Below are positions 38,401-47,877 of a stretch of DNA of 64,000 nucleotides, piece by piece. Every line of letters starts with the position of its first letter. Within the stretch, counting starts at the first letter, position 1. The stretch comes from Blastocatellia bacterium (GTDB lineage Bacteria; Acidobacteriota; Blastocatellia; UBA7656), in the NCBI GenBank assembly GCA_035248905.1, contig DATFGX010000016.1, forward strand, positions 91,022 to 155,021. The letters are read 5' to 3'. A model generated the notes under the pieces. The model saw nothing but the letters and a program-made list of their open reading frames with translations, was not told the DNA's origin and did not search any database. Position numbers and translations under genes: made by a program.

Positions 38401-38834
38401 CGCCGTGCATGCGCGTCATTGCCAATGGCCCGCTGAACTTCGACCCGCACATCAGTCGCGATAATGCCACGCCTCTGGACCAGCCGAACCGCTATGCCTT
38501 CGTCAACCTGACGGGGCTGACGCCGGGCACTTTCGTCAACCCGATTACGGGCGGCAATGATCCCGGCCCGTACCCGGACAATATGACCAAACGCAATGCC
38601 TTCCGTGGGCCTGGCCTCTGGAATCTGGATGCCGCGGCTTACAAGAACTTCCGGTTCACCGAGAATACCCGCTTGCAGTTGCGCTTGGAAGCCTACAACG
38701 TATTCAATCATGCGAATGCGTTCGTCATTTATGGCTTCCCGGCGAACGAAGTGGCCTTCAACAGCGATGGCTTCGTGCCGGCGTTCTACAGCGGGCGGCG
38801 CAACGTGCAGCTTGCCGCCAAATTTATCTTCTAA
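35439..38834 (+). CDS. TonB-dependent outer-membrane receptor with N-terminal carboxypeptidase-regulatory-like domain
   Basis: Signal peptide; CarbopepD_reg-like beta-sandwich (ITVKAVDPQ...SDEGIATITNLQPGLYEVTV); plug domain; long beta-barrel ending in the typical C-terminal aromatic (...AAKFIF); 1131 aa. Confidence 0.85.
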   Translation: MIVKGKTLKKALASLLAVFFLLPLAAFAQTETGQITVKAVDPQKAVVAGASVTVKSVERGTTQTATTSDEGIATITNLQPGLYEVTVTGSGFAPTTQRAQVTVGAKLTLDFDLSAQAKGEVVNVVAGEGGVEVNTQTQELSDVVSQKQITELPTLTRNPYDLVGISGNVSPADPSGRGTGFAINGQRAASTNILLDGGENVDTFVAGVGQNVPLDSVQEFRIITSNFSAEYGRASGGIVNVATRAGSNAFHGSLYEFNRISALASNDFENNAQGIPKGTFTRNQFGYSAGGRVIKDKLFFFSSTEWTRIRSSQEVVSLVPTPEFLAQTSATTRAYFSNYQLVTPINGPTFTAGQLGVAGVPSGLPVLGQVRSSRAVDAGGGTPGNDWQTVGRFDYNWSDRTQVYFRGAFQQGDNPLGTVSFSPYQGFNTGFEYRNQNYLTSVTHSFSSNLVSQTKFVYNRLNQDQGLGEQPPQPTLFFFGSGAANFGGFLVRLPGYLPTSPGSAIPFGGPQNFYQAYEDLNWTRGNHTWRFGGQYVHIRDNRTFGAYEEAVQVLGTTAGNAFANLINGRLVSFTVAIDPQGKFPCHRDITTGATIVTPDCTIQTPVGPPAFSRSNRYHEWAAYANDSWKVKQRLTLNLGVRYEYYGVQHNADPSLDSNFYLGDGANIFERIRNGQIMRAKDSPVGALWKPDKNNFAPRLGIAWDIFGDGSTSLRGGYGMAYERNFGNVTFNVIQNPPNYATVQLTPSVVPGGVLPISSNNYGVLAGSGIARPLPATSLRGVDPDIVNAYAHFWSAAFERHLAKGTVASVEYSGSAGRSLYSISNINRRGTGNVYLGDTLTTSGFGSGRLNNNGASDINFRTNGGRSNYNAMIVSFDSTSLAKLNLRLTARYTYAVTKDNLSSTFSDSSNNFNLGFLDPFNPDLDYGYADFDVRHRFVTSFTWDIPSIKSLSGWADRLVNGWQFSGIYVARTGSPFTVFDCANSIFAESPCMRVIANGPLNFDPHISRDNATPLDQPNRYAFVNLTGLTPGTFVNPITGGNDPGPYPDNMTKRNAFRGPGLWNLDAAAYKNFRFTENTRLQLRLEAYNVFNHANAFVIYGFPANEVAFNSDGFVPAFYSGRRNVQLAAKFIF

Positions 38835-38859
38835 CTTTCGCTCACGCGAAACCGAAAAA

Positions 38860-38887
38860 GGGGAGTCCCGCCGGGGCTCCCCTTTTT
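38860..38887 (+). terminator. rho-independent terminator after the TonB-dependent receptor
   Basis: GGGGAGTCCCG-CCGG-GGCTCCCC hairpin followed by TTTTT. Confidence 0.75.
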
Positions 38888-39054
38888 CACTAAGCTTCGC
38901 TACCCGGCTTGACCGGAGTGCGGACTGCTCGGTTTTACTCTCGAATGCCGACGGCCTGCGGTTGCCGCAGCGCAGCCATTGATTGACCAGCCGGCGAGGT
39001 GGTAAGCTATAGCTCCACCGAACCGTTCTCATTCCGCTTGCTTAAGGAGATCTG

Positions 39055-39864
39055 ATGAAGAAACTACAGCCATTATTCTCTCTGCTGATCGGGCTGGCGC
39101 TGGCGGCCATGGCGCTAGCCGCCGATGACAAAGATAAGCTGAGCGCCGCCGAAATTATTAACAAGCACCTCGCAGCAGTCGGCGGCAAGGCCGCCATGGC
39201 GAAATTCAAATCGCGCGTCGCCATTGGCACGGCGCGGAAGGACAACGACACCGCCGCGCCGATGGCTGTCATGTCGGAAGCCCCGAATCGCGTCTCGGCG
39301 ATTTATCAATTCGAAGGCTTCAACTGGCAACTGACCTACGACGGCGGCAAAGCCATCGTCCGCCCGGTGCTGTCGCGCGCCAACACGCCGATCATGGAGA
39401 AGTATCAAGACATGCTGGCGACCGGCACCATGTTCAACGGCATGGCGCTCTACAACGCGCTGGCGCAGGGCGAAACCGAGAACGTCAAGTTCGAGGCCAA
39501 GGGCCTGAAGAAAGTCAGAGGCCGCCCGGCTTACACCGTCGAGATGCGCCGCAACAAGGATAAAGCACTGCTTTACTTCGACGCCGAAACCTTCATGTGG
39601 GTGCGCACCGATTACGGCAGCGTCCACCTGACTCGCGAGATGGGCTCCTTTACCAATGCCATCGAATCGAAAGACCAGGAAACCACCTACGACTTTTACG
39701 TCGAGACCTCGGACTTCAAGGATGTCGATGGCGTGAAGCTGCCCTTCAAATTTGAGATTGTGGCGACGGCGCCCATCCTCAAACAGAAGAACGTCGGCAC
39801 TATCGTTGCCACGATCAAAGAGTATCGCCACAACGTCGCCATCGATCCGAAGATGTTTCAGTAA
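39055..39864 (+). CDS. secreted hypothetical protein
   Basis: Signal peptide MKKLQPLFSLLIGLALAAMALA; good RBS (AAGGAGA); protein-like composition; no family recognised. Confidence 0.55.
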   Translation: MKKLQPLFSLLIGLALAAMALAADDKDKLSAAEIINKHLAAVGGKAAMAKFKSRVAIGTARKDNDTAAPMAVMSEAPNRVSAIYQFEGFNWQLTYDGGKAIVRPVLSRANTPIMEKYQDMLATGTMFNGMALYNALAQGETENVKFEAKGLKKVRGRPAYTVEMRRNKDKALLYFDAETFMWVRTDYGSVHLTREMGSFTNAIESKDQETTYDFYVETSDFKDVDGVKLPFKFEIVATAPILKQKNVGTIVATIKEYRHNVAIDPKMFQ

Positions 39865-39899
39865 GGCGGCGGCGCGCCGCAAGCTTTTTTCACACGGCC

Positions 39900-41324
39900 A
39901 TGCGCAGATCACTCGCCCACTTCAGCCTGACGCTACTCGTCGCCGCCGTCGCGGCGGCGACACAGGTCAAGGCGCCGCCGCGCGTCAGTTATTTAGCTTA
40001 CGAACGGGCGCGGCCCATCCTCGAATCACTGAAAGCCGATCTGCCGCCGGAGTTGCGCGACGCGCTGACCAACAATCCGGCGACGGCCTGGGCGGAGTGG
40101 GCGGCGCGCCGCGACCGCGACATCCGCGCGCGGCTCAACCAGGGCGACGAAGATTCGGTCGTCAACTTCCTGCTCTTCGGCACCTCGTTCACCGCGCGCC
40201 CGCGCATCACCCTCGCCGACCTGGCGCGCGCCGGGCAAAAGGCCGATTCCGATGAAGCGGCCCGCGCCTTCGAGCTGATCCAGGCGCGCGCCGACGACCT
40301 GGTGCAAGCGGTAGCCAGCGGCGCCGACAACGAGCGTGTGCTGTTTGCGCGCCACCTGTTCGAAGCGAAGGGCTATGACCTGAAGAGCGCGGCGGCGGCA
40401 CGGCAGATGAAGATCGATCTGCTCAAGGCGCTGGCGCGGGTGCTGAGCGAACAGGTCGGCTACGCGCGCTTGCTCGAAGCGGCGCGGCTCCAGGGCGACG
40501 CGTCGAATGAACTGGTCGTGCGCTCGCAGTTGTTCAAAGGCCGCGGCCTCAGCTCGGACACGTCGCTGATGCCGAACTTCGCCATCGAGCGGTCGCTCGC
40601 GTCGCTGAAGGCCAAAGGCTTGCTCGCGCCGCAGAGCGTGCGCCGCGTCGCGATTGTCGGGCCGGGATTGGATTTCACGGACAAGCAGGACGGCTACGAC
40701 TTCTACCCGCAGCAGACGATCCAGCCGTTCGCGGTGATCGATTCGCTGCGGCGGCTGGGGCTGGCGAAGGCGAATGACTTGCGCGTCGTGACGCTCGACC
40801 TCAGCCCGCGCATCAACGAGCACCTGACGCGCGCCCGCGCCCGCGCCGCCGGCGGCACGCCTTACGTCGTGCAACTGCCGCGCGACGAGCGCTGGACGGC
40901 GGAACTGCTGGCCTACTGGTCGAAATTCGGCGACCAGATCGGCGCCCAGGTCGCGGCGGTCAAGCCGCCGGCCGCGCTCGGCCCGCTGCAAGTCCGCGCC
41001 GTCAGCATTCGCCCGGCGTTTGTCTCGCTGATCTCGTCGGCGGACGTAGACATCGTCTTACAGCACCTGGAGCTTGCCCCGGCCGAGCGCTTCGATCTGG
41101 TGATTGCGACGAACATCCTGGTCTACTACGACACGTTTGAGCAGAGCCTGGCGCTGGCGAACATCGAGCAGATGCTCCGCCCGGGCGGGCTGCTGCTGTC
41201 GAACAACGCGCTGCTGGAGCTGCCGTCGTCGAAGATGCGCTCGGTCGGCTACGAGTCGGTCGCCTACTCCGACCGCAATGCCGACGGCGACCACATCGTC
41301 TGGTATCAGCGCCAGGCGCCGTGA
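39900..41324 (+). CDS. hypothetical protein with N-terminal signal/anchor and a C-terminal region resembling CheR-type SAM-dependent methyltransferase folds
   Basis: N-terminal hydrophobic segment; C-terminal FDLVIATNILVYYDTFEQ...LRPGGLLL resembles the CheR/class I MTase post-motif II-III pattern; weak. Confidence 0.4.
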   Translation: MRRSLAHFSLTLLVAAVAAATQVKAPPRVSYLAYERARPILESLKADLPPELRDALTNNPATAWAEWAARRDRDIRARLNQGDEDSVVNFLLFGTSFTARPRITLADLARAGQKADSDEAARAFELIQARADDLVQAVASGADNERVLFARHLFEAKGYDLKSAAAARQMKIDLLKALARVLSEQVGYARLLEAARLQGDASNELVVRSQLFKGRGLSSDTSLMPNFAIERSLASLKAKGLLAPQSVRRVAIVGPGLDFTDKQDGYDFYPQQTIQPFAVIDSLRRLGLAKANDLRVVTLDLSPRINEHLTRARARAAGGTPYVVQLPRDERWTAELLAYWSKFGDQIGAQVAAVKPPAALGPLQVRAVSIRPAFVSLISSADVDIVLQHLELAPAERFDLVIATNILVYYDTFEQSLALANIEQMLRPGGLLLSNNALLELPSSKMRSVGYESVAYSDRNADGDHIVWYQRQAP

Positions 41325-41421
41325 GTTTCCGAGCCGCGGCGAGTTGTGCTATGATCGCGGCGTTCACGCTCATCTTCATCGTTCGGTCTATCACCAACCG
41401 TCTTTGCAAGGAGGTCGGGTT

Positions 41422-42489
41422 ATGGTTCACTCGTCAGCCAGGGCGCATGACTCAGCTCGGCGTGCGCACGCATTTCTGCTTACGAGCCTTGCGGCGATGA
41501 TCATCTGCCTGTGTGCGACCGCGGCGCGGGGGCAGATGGGCGGCATCGATTCGGACCCCGGCGACCCGGGCACCGGCGGCAAGAACATCATCCAGGGGAA
41601 TATCTACTACGACAACGGCAGGCGGCTGGACCGTCGCGTCAAGGTACGCTTGCGCGGCCTGGACACAGACAACTTCACGATGTCGGACGATTCGGGCGCC
41701 TTCTCGTTCCGGCGGCTGCGCGACGGCACCTACACGGTGATGGTCGACGCCGGCGGCCAGTTCGAAATCGCCAGCGAAAACGTTGACATCATCCAGCCCA
41801 TGCGGCGGCGCGGCGACATCGGCCAGACCTACACCGTGCAGCTCACGCTGCACGCGCGCAAAGCCGCGAGCCAGCCGCCGCCCGGCACCGTTGACGCCTC
41901 GGCGGGCGGCATCCCCGAGCCGGCGCGCAAGCTTTACAAAGAAGCGCTCGATTCAATTCAGGCGGGCGACTATAAGAAGGCCATCGAGCAGTTGAACGAG
42001 GCCGTGAAGCTCTACCCGATGTTCGTGGCGGCGCTCAACGAATTGGGCCTGCAATACATGCGGCAGAAGGAATTTGATAAGGCCGAGGCGGCGCTGCGCG
42101 AGGCGGTGAAACTGGCGCCCGACGGCTTCCAGCCGCAGCTCAACTTCGGCATTCTGATGATGCAGAAGAAGGATTATGTCACCGCCGCGACGGCGCTCGA
42201 ACGCGCCGTGCAGAAAGACAGCGCGTCGGCGTTGGCGCACTTGTACCTCGGCAAGGCTTACATCAACCTGGGCGTCTACAACAAAGCCGAGAAAGAGCTG
42301 CTGCAAGTCGTCAGCATCGGCGGCGATAACAAAGTCGAAGCGCACCGCTACCTGGCCGCCGTCTACATCGAGACGAAGAACAACGAGCGCGCCGTCGAGG
42401 AGCTGGAACAATATCTCAGCCTCGCGCCGAAGGCGAAAGACGCCGATAAGATTCGCGAGATCGTCAAACAACTGCGCGCCCAGAAATAG
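41422..42489 (+). CDS. secreted protein with carboxypeptidase-regulatory-like domain followed by TPR repeats
   Basis: AAGGAGG RBS before MVHSS; signal/TM segment; CarbopepD_reg-like block (NIYYDNGRRLDRRVKVRLRGLDTD...SDDSGAFSFRRLRDGTYTVMVD); 4-5 TPR units; the ORF-track upstream extension from 41104 is rejected. Confidence 0.6.
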   Translation: MVHSSARAHDSARRAHAFLLTSLAAMIICLCATAARGQMGGIDSDPGDPGTGGKNIIQGNIYYDNGRRLDRRVKVRLRGLDTDNFTMSDDSGAFSFRRLRDGTYTVMVDAGGQFEIASENVDIIQPMRRRGDIGQTYTVQLTLHARKAASQPPPGTVDASAGGIPEPARKLYKEALDSIQAGDYKKAIEQLNEAVKLYPMFVAALNELGLQYMRQKEFDKAEAALREAVKLAPDGFQPQLNFGILMMQKKDYVTAATALERAVQKDSASALAHLYLGKAYINLGVYNKAEKELLQVVSIGGDNKVEAHRYLAAVYIETKNNERAVEELEQYLSLAPKAKDADKIREIVKQLRAQK

Positions 42490-42550
42490 TGACGAGTGAC
42501 AAGCGACAAGAAGCGCCGGGCAGTTCCTCTTGTCACTTGTCACTCGTCAC
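42490..42550. terminator. palindrome built from GTGACNAGTGACAAG units between convergent genes; bidirectional terminator candidate
   Basis: GTGACGAGTGACAAGCGACAAGAAG / loop / TCTTGTCACTTGTCACTCGTCAC. Confidence 0.6.
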
Positions 42551-42554
42551 TCTC

Positions 42555-43685
<1,131 letters not shown>

Positions 43686-43714
43686 CGCTTGCTATTCTCC
43701 TCCTCCGCCGCGCC

Positions 43715-45256
43715 TCACTTTTTATTGATCGCCGCCATCATCTCGCGCATCATCTCGGCTTCGCTCATCGGCGTCCAGCCATGCCGCTTGCCCGGCCCGT
43801 ACTTGATCCAGCCTTCGTAAGGCGGCTGCGCGCTCGCCAAGAAGGCGTCGAGCAGGTGCACGGCGTTATTCAAGAAGTAGTCGTCGGCTTCGCCGACCCA
43901 GATGTGCAGCTTGCCGCGCAGCCGCGGCGCGAGCGGCGGCCAGTTCGCTTCGAGGATCAGCCGCAGGTCGTAGCGCTTCCAATGCTCGACGACGCGGCGA
44001 TCAATCTTGCCGGTCTGCGGGTCCCACAGCGGCACCGGGCGACCGTCAGCGCCGCGCGGCCCGTAGACCGCATTCCACGCGCCCCATTGCTGGCCAGACA
44101 TCGTCCAACTGTCGCCCGCGCCCAGCACGTTTTCCATCTGGCACTCGTGGCGAATGGTGAATTCAACATCGCCGTTGGCGGCGCGCTTGCTCGGACGCTC
44201 GAAGCCCCAGCGGTTCACGTAAGCGTTGTCGTCTCCGTAGACGTTGATCAGTTGAAAAGCGCGAAAGTCTACGCCATCGGGATAGCCCGACCACGTGCCG
44301 TTGAAGAAATCCGGGTAGAAGATTTGCAGCGCCAGCGACACCCAGCCGCCGGTCGAGCCGCCGTTGAGCACGCGCGATGCCGGCGTGCCGATGCAGCGGA
44401 AAGTTTTTTCGACGTAAGGAATCAGCTCACCGGTCACGGCGTCGCCGTAAGGGCCGTTGTTGTCCGAGTTCACCTGATAGCAATCGCCGAACGGCCCATC
44501 GCCGTCGAGCTGCAACAAGACCATGCGCGGCGTGTCGTCGGCAAGCCAGGTGCGCCGGAAGCCTGAGCCGTTGCGCATCAACTGCTGCGCGATGGTGTAG
44601 CGCGTGCCATAGCCGCCGATCTGCACGCGCAGCGGGTAGCGTAGCTGTGGGTCCCTCGCGTAATCGCGCGGCAGGATGACGGCGGCGCGCAAATAGATCG
44701 GTCGCCCATGGAATTTCGTCAGTAGCGCCGATTGTAGCCTGACATACTTTACATAATCGGTGTCGGCGGGCAACTGGTCGGGCGGCTCTTGTTTGTTCAG
44801 CTCGATCTTCACCGCGCCGGTGCGCGCCGGGTCGAGATGGACGCGGCTCGGCGCGCTGTAAAGGTTGCCGGGCGCATTGACCGACGCCAGGTCGCGGTTG
44901 GTATCGAAGACCGCCTGCACCCAGTAATCACCCGCCGGCAAGTGCGCCAGGTCTTGAATGGGAAAGGCGATGGCTTTCTCATCGAGCACCGCAACCGCGC
45001 CCGCCGCAAAGTCGCTCACGTCGCGCGCCACGACCGGCGGCGCGTCCAGCCCCGTGTCGCTGATGTGCGTGCGCGGCTCGTCATCGCGCTTCTGGCTCAT
45101 CACGACGAAGAGGCGACCGCTCTGCGGCTTACTGGTGAGGCCGGGCGCGACGCTGACCTCAAAGCGTAGCGTCGCCGCCGCGGCCATCGGCGCGGGCGCG
45201 TACGCAAGCGCAATCGCCGGCAGTATGAGACTCAAGAGGAGAAGTTTTTTCATCAT
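43715..45256 (-). CDS. secreted alpha/beta-hydrolase, putative esterase (enterochelin-esterase-like)
   Basis: Signal peptide MMKKLLLLSLILPAIALA; GxSxG-type nucleophile elbow (NGGSTGGW); putative-esterase family length and pattern; the ORF-track 5' extension is rejected. Confidence 0.5.
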   Translation of the reverse strand: MMKKLLLLSLILPAIALAYAPAPMAAAATLRFEVSVAPGLTSKPQSGRLFVVMSQKRDDEPRTHISDTGLDAPPVVARDVSDFAAGAVAVLDEKAIAFPIQDLAHLPAGDYWVQAVFDTNRDLASVNAPGNLYSAPSRVHLDPARTGAVKIELNKQEPPDQLPADTDYVKYVRLQSALLTKFHGRPIYLRAAVILPRDYARDPQLRYPLRVQIGGYGTRYTIAQQLMRNGSGFRRTWLADDTPRMVLLQLDGDGPFGDCYQVNSDNNGPYGDAVTGELIPYVEKTFRCIGTPASRVLNGGSTGGWVSLALQIFYPDFFNGTWSGYPDGVDFRAFQLINVYGDDNAYVNRWGFERPSKRAANGDVEFTIRHECQMENVLGAGDSWTMSGQQWGAWNAVYGPRGADGRPVPLWDPQTGKIDRRVVEHWKRYDLRLILEANWPPLAPRLRGKLHIWVGEADDYFLNNAVHLLDAFLASAQPPYEGWIKYGPGKRHGWTPMSEAEMMREMMAAINKK

Positions 45257-45299
45257 CGATCTTTTCAGCGAAGACGTATGCAGGCTTTCCACTGAAATT

Positions 45300-45640
45300 A
45301 AAAGCAGCCATCCAGCCCACTTCAGCAGATGAGTGTCAGTGATTCCGCAGCCCGCTTCATCTGATGAATCGCGGCATTCCGCAGCCCGCTGAAGCGGGCT
45401 TACCCGCAGGGCAAATAGGCCAGCGCTTCTAGCGCTGGTTGGCCGCCGCGATAAGAAATCGGGAGGGCGCTTTAGCGTCCTTCTCGCCGCGGCTTTAGCC
45501 AGATGGCTAAAGCCATGCGTCATAAGCCCGTTAAAACGGGCTATAGGTTTATGCGTCGCCGTGAACCAGCCCTAAAAGGGCTGGCCTATTTGCCCTGCGG
45601 GTAAGCGGCCTGAAGGCCGCTCAGGAATTACCGAGAACAT
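45300..45640. repeat. highly structured intergenic element: a 155-bp core flanked by perfect 26-bp inverted repeats (45399-45424 / 45580-45605) with many internal and flanking stem-loops; MITE or REP-like
   Basis: CTTACCCGCAGGGCAAATAGGCCAGC vs GCTGGCCTATTTGCCCTGCGGGTAAG; internal hairpins AGCGCTTCTAGCGCT, GGCTTTAGCC-AGAT-GGCTAAAGCC, AGCCCGTTAAAACGGGCT, CAGCCCTAAAAGGGCTGG; flanking TGAA-loop hairpins; direct repeat ATTCCGCAGCCCGCT twice. Confidence 0.55.
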
Positions 45641-45699
45641 CACCAAGAACTTGACTTCATTCGACCCCAAGAATATCGCTTAATTCGACGCGCACCATT

Positions 45700-46431
45700 T
45701 CATTCGACGCGCACGATGGCCGCCGGGTCGAGCGCCGCAAGCAGTGCGGCGCGCACCGCTTCGACTGCCGCCGCCTCTTTCGATTCGACCGTCAGCTTGA
45801 CGCGATACTCGTCGCTCGTGAAGTTGGGGTACGAGCCGATCTCAACTTCGGGGTGGCGAGCGGCGACCGCATCAAGTCGCGGCGTGATGTCGAATTCGTC
45901 TTCGCGGGTGTAGATGGTTGCGGCAAAGAACGGCGCGGCGCGGAAGCGCTCGCGGATCGCCTCGAACTTGCTGCGAAAGAGTTCCGGCACGCCCGGCAGC
46001 ACGAAGACGTTTTCGACCGCCAGCGCAGGCCAGCGCATGCCGCTGTCGTGCAGCAGGGTTGCGCCTTCGGGAATGTCGGCCAGGCGCAATCGCGCTTCGT
46101 CGATGCCGTCGCCGAAGTAGCCGCGCAGCATGGCTTCAAGCTGCGGGTGGCGGACGACCCGGCGCTCGAAGGCGCAGGCGATGCCGGCAATCGTCATGTC
46201 GTCGTGCGTCGGGCCGACGCCGCCCGACGTGAAAACGTAGTCAAAGCGACCGGCGCATTCGCGCACCGCTTGCGCGATGGTCTCAAGCTCGTCGGGGATG
46301 ACGACGATGCGCCGCAGCGCGACGCCCAGCTCGCGCAGCTCGTCGATCAGAAAACTGGCGTTCTTGTCGGGCGATTTGCCGCTGAGGATTTCGTTGCCGA
46401 TGACCACAATCGCCGCCGTCTTCTGCTGCAT
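45700..46431 (-). CDS. CinA-like protein, MoCF-biosynthesis (molybdopterin-binding) domain
   Basis: MoaB/MogA/CinA N-domain pattern (AAIVVIGNEILSGK...FDYVFTSGGVGPTHDDMT). Confidence 0.75.
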   Translation of the reverse strand: MQQKTAAIVVIGNEILSGKSPDKNASFLIDELRELGVALRRIVVIPDELETIAQAVRECAGRFDYVFTSGGVGPTHDDMTIAGIACAFERRVVRHPQLEAMLRGYFGDGIDEARLRLADIPEGATLLHDSGMRWPALAVENVFVLPGVPELFRSKFEAIRERFRAAPFFAATIYTREDEFDITPRLDAVAARHPEVEIGSYPNFTSDEYRVKLTVESKEAAAVEAVRAALLAALDPAAIVRVE

Positions 46432-46658
46432 AGCGGAATCATACTAGAGGCGAGAGGTCGGCGGCCAGGGCCGCCCAATGGTCTCTTTCGCCGCCGCATC
46501 CTGGGCGGCAAAGTTATGGTTGGTGGCCGGTATTAATAGACGAGTAAGCGGGATAGGGAATCGAAGATTAACCTATCCCGCCTCTGTAGTCCCCCACACA
46601 TCCTAAACAATTTGGCAGGTTGGCTAGGACGTGTGCGGCAAGGCACGAAAGGAGTACC

Positions 46659-46784
46659 ATGCAAGATAAGAATATGCCCGTCTGGGTCCGCTGGTTAAGT
46701 CTATTTTTGCCCGCGCCGTCGGAGGCGCTTCACCACGTCACTCTGATGCTACTGCTCGAGCTTCTCAAACTGCTCTTGCATTAA
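46659..46784 (+). CDS. candidate 41-aa small hydrophobic protein (MQDKNMPVWVRWLSLFLPAPSEALHHVTLMLLLELLKLLLH)
   Basis: AAAGGAG RBS 4 nt upstream of the ATG; Leu-rich amphipathic C-terminus; lies in the low-GC island; too short for the ORF track. Confidence 0.3.
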   Translation: MQDKNMPVWVRWLSLFLPAPSEALHHVTLMLLLELLKLLLH

Positions 46785-46821
46785 CCGGAGGCGTCGGGCC
46801 GATCCCAGGTTACAAGTCTAG

Positions 46822-46850
46822 GAGTGGCGACTTCCCGCATCGCCACTCCT
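46822..46850. terminator. perfect 10-bp stem hairpin followed by a T-rich tract on the minus strand, downstream of the LytM-like gene
   Basis: GGAGTGGCGA-CTTCCCGCA-TCGCCACTCC. Confidence 0.5.
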
Positions 46851-46890
46851 GGTTACTGAATCGGCTTGGTTTGATTTTTCTTGCCCTCAG

Positions 46891-47877
46891 TCAATACTCT
46901 TTCTTGAGGTACGAAAGAACATTATCCGGCTTGTTGTCCTTATAAACTTCATACCGCAGGGCCACCTCCTCTCTGCGGGCGACACGCGGCGTGTAACCCA
47001 AGGTGTCCCCACTCTTGACCTCCTGTCCCCTGATGACTTTGATCGAGGCCAAGGGTCCATAACAAGTCACCACACCGTCCGCATGCAAAACGCGGACGCA
47101 CCGACCATAGTTTCGCACCTGTGTGCTACCGATTACCTGGCCATCCGCCGTGGTGCGGACGCGCGTGCCCGGCGGCACCAGCATTTTAACTTCCACCGGA
47201 TGTGGGAAGGCGGGCAAGGTGAACACCTTGTTCGCCCGGTCGACCGGCAGCCCCAAGGGCCTGTCGGGGTCCGCCGCGACGAGCGGCGAGGTGTCATCAG
47301 ACGTTTTCTTATTGCCGCCCGCCGATCTGATTGTCACCAGGTTGAAGAGCTTCTGGTTCATAGCCATCAGCAACTCAAGTCGGTCGGAGAGTTTTTCAGA
47401 AGAGCGCACGGCGGTCTCCTTTTCTCCCTTGAGTCGGGCGATCTGGCTCCCGGCGGCGGCATATCTGGCTTCCCATTCTTGCTCGCGCACGGCGACCCAC
47501 TTGTTATGCCGATTACTCACCAGGCTGCCAGTCAGGACGCAGCCCAATACAAAGCCGACAGAGACGGGGACCCACAAGCGTCTAGAGAGAAAGAGCCTGG
47601 TCAAGCCCGCGGCCACCAGAACGGCGAACGTGTAGCCGATCCTGCCGATGCCCGGTTCGTCGTGGCGCAGGATCACTTTAGTGGTCGGAGATCGAAGAAG
47701 AATCTTGACAGCATCGGGCAGCCCCTCTTTCCTACAAGCATTCATCGCCTCCAGACCTTCATTGACCTCGTCGGGCGAAAGCCTCGCGATATACTCCGGG
47801 TCTGACTCCTTTAGCTTTTCCCGAAGTTTCGAGTAGACTAGGGCCCGACCTGTAGCCGAGTTCTCTAAGTTAGGCAT
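46891..47877 (-). CDS. membrane protein with coiled-coil and C-terminal catalytically degenerate LytM (M23) domain; possible anti-sigma or regulator partner of the upstream ECF sigma factor
   Basis: Two TM helices; coiled coil (IARLKGEKETAVRSSEKLSDRLELLMAMNQKLF); M23-like C-terminus (VRVLHADGVVTCYGPL...GDTLGYT) in which the HxH catalytic motif is replaced (ALRYEVY); 8-nt overlap with the sigma gene; low GC. Confidence 0.55.
   Translation of the reverse strand: MPNLENSATGRALVYSKLREKLKESDPEYIARLSPDEVNEGLEAMNACRKEGLPDAVKILLRSPTTKVILRHDEPGIGRIGYTFAVLVAAGLTRLFLSRRLWVPVSVGFVLGCVLTGSLVSNRHNKWVAVREQEWEARYAAAGSQIARLKGEKETAVRSSEKLSDRLELLMAMNQKLFNLVTIRSAGGNKKTSDDTSPLVAADPDRPLGLPVDRANKVFTLPAFPHPVEVKMLVPPGTRVRTTADGQVIGSTQVRNYGRCVRVLHADGVVTCYGPLASIKVIRGQEVKSGDTLGYTPRVARREEVALRYEVYKDNKPDNVLSYLKKEY

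Noticed and set aside
37146-39032. 628-aa minus-strand ORF
   Set aside because: Antisense to the TonB-dependent receptor gene; Arg/Val/Ala/Gly-rich; no motifs.
41104-41421. Upstream extension of the TPR/CarbopepD gene (ORF called from 41104)
   Set aside because: Overlaps the 3' end of the preceding gene in another frame; an AAGGAGG RBS and a signal peptide support the internal start at 41422.
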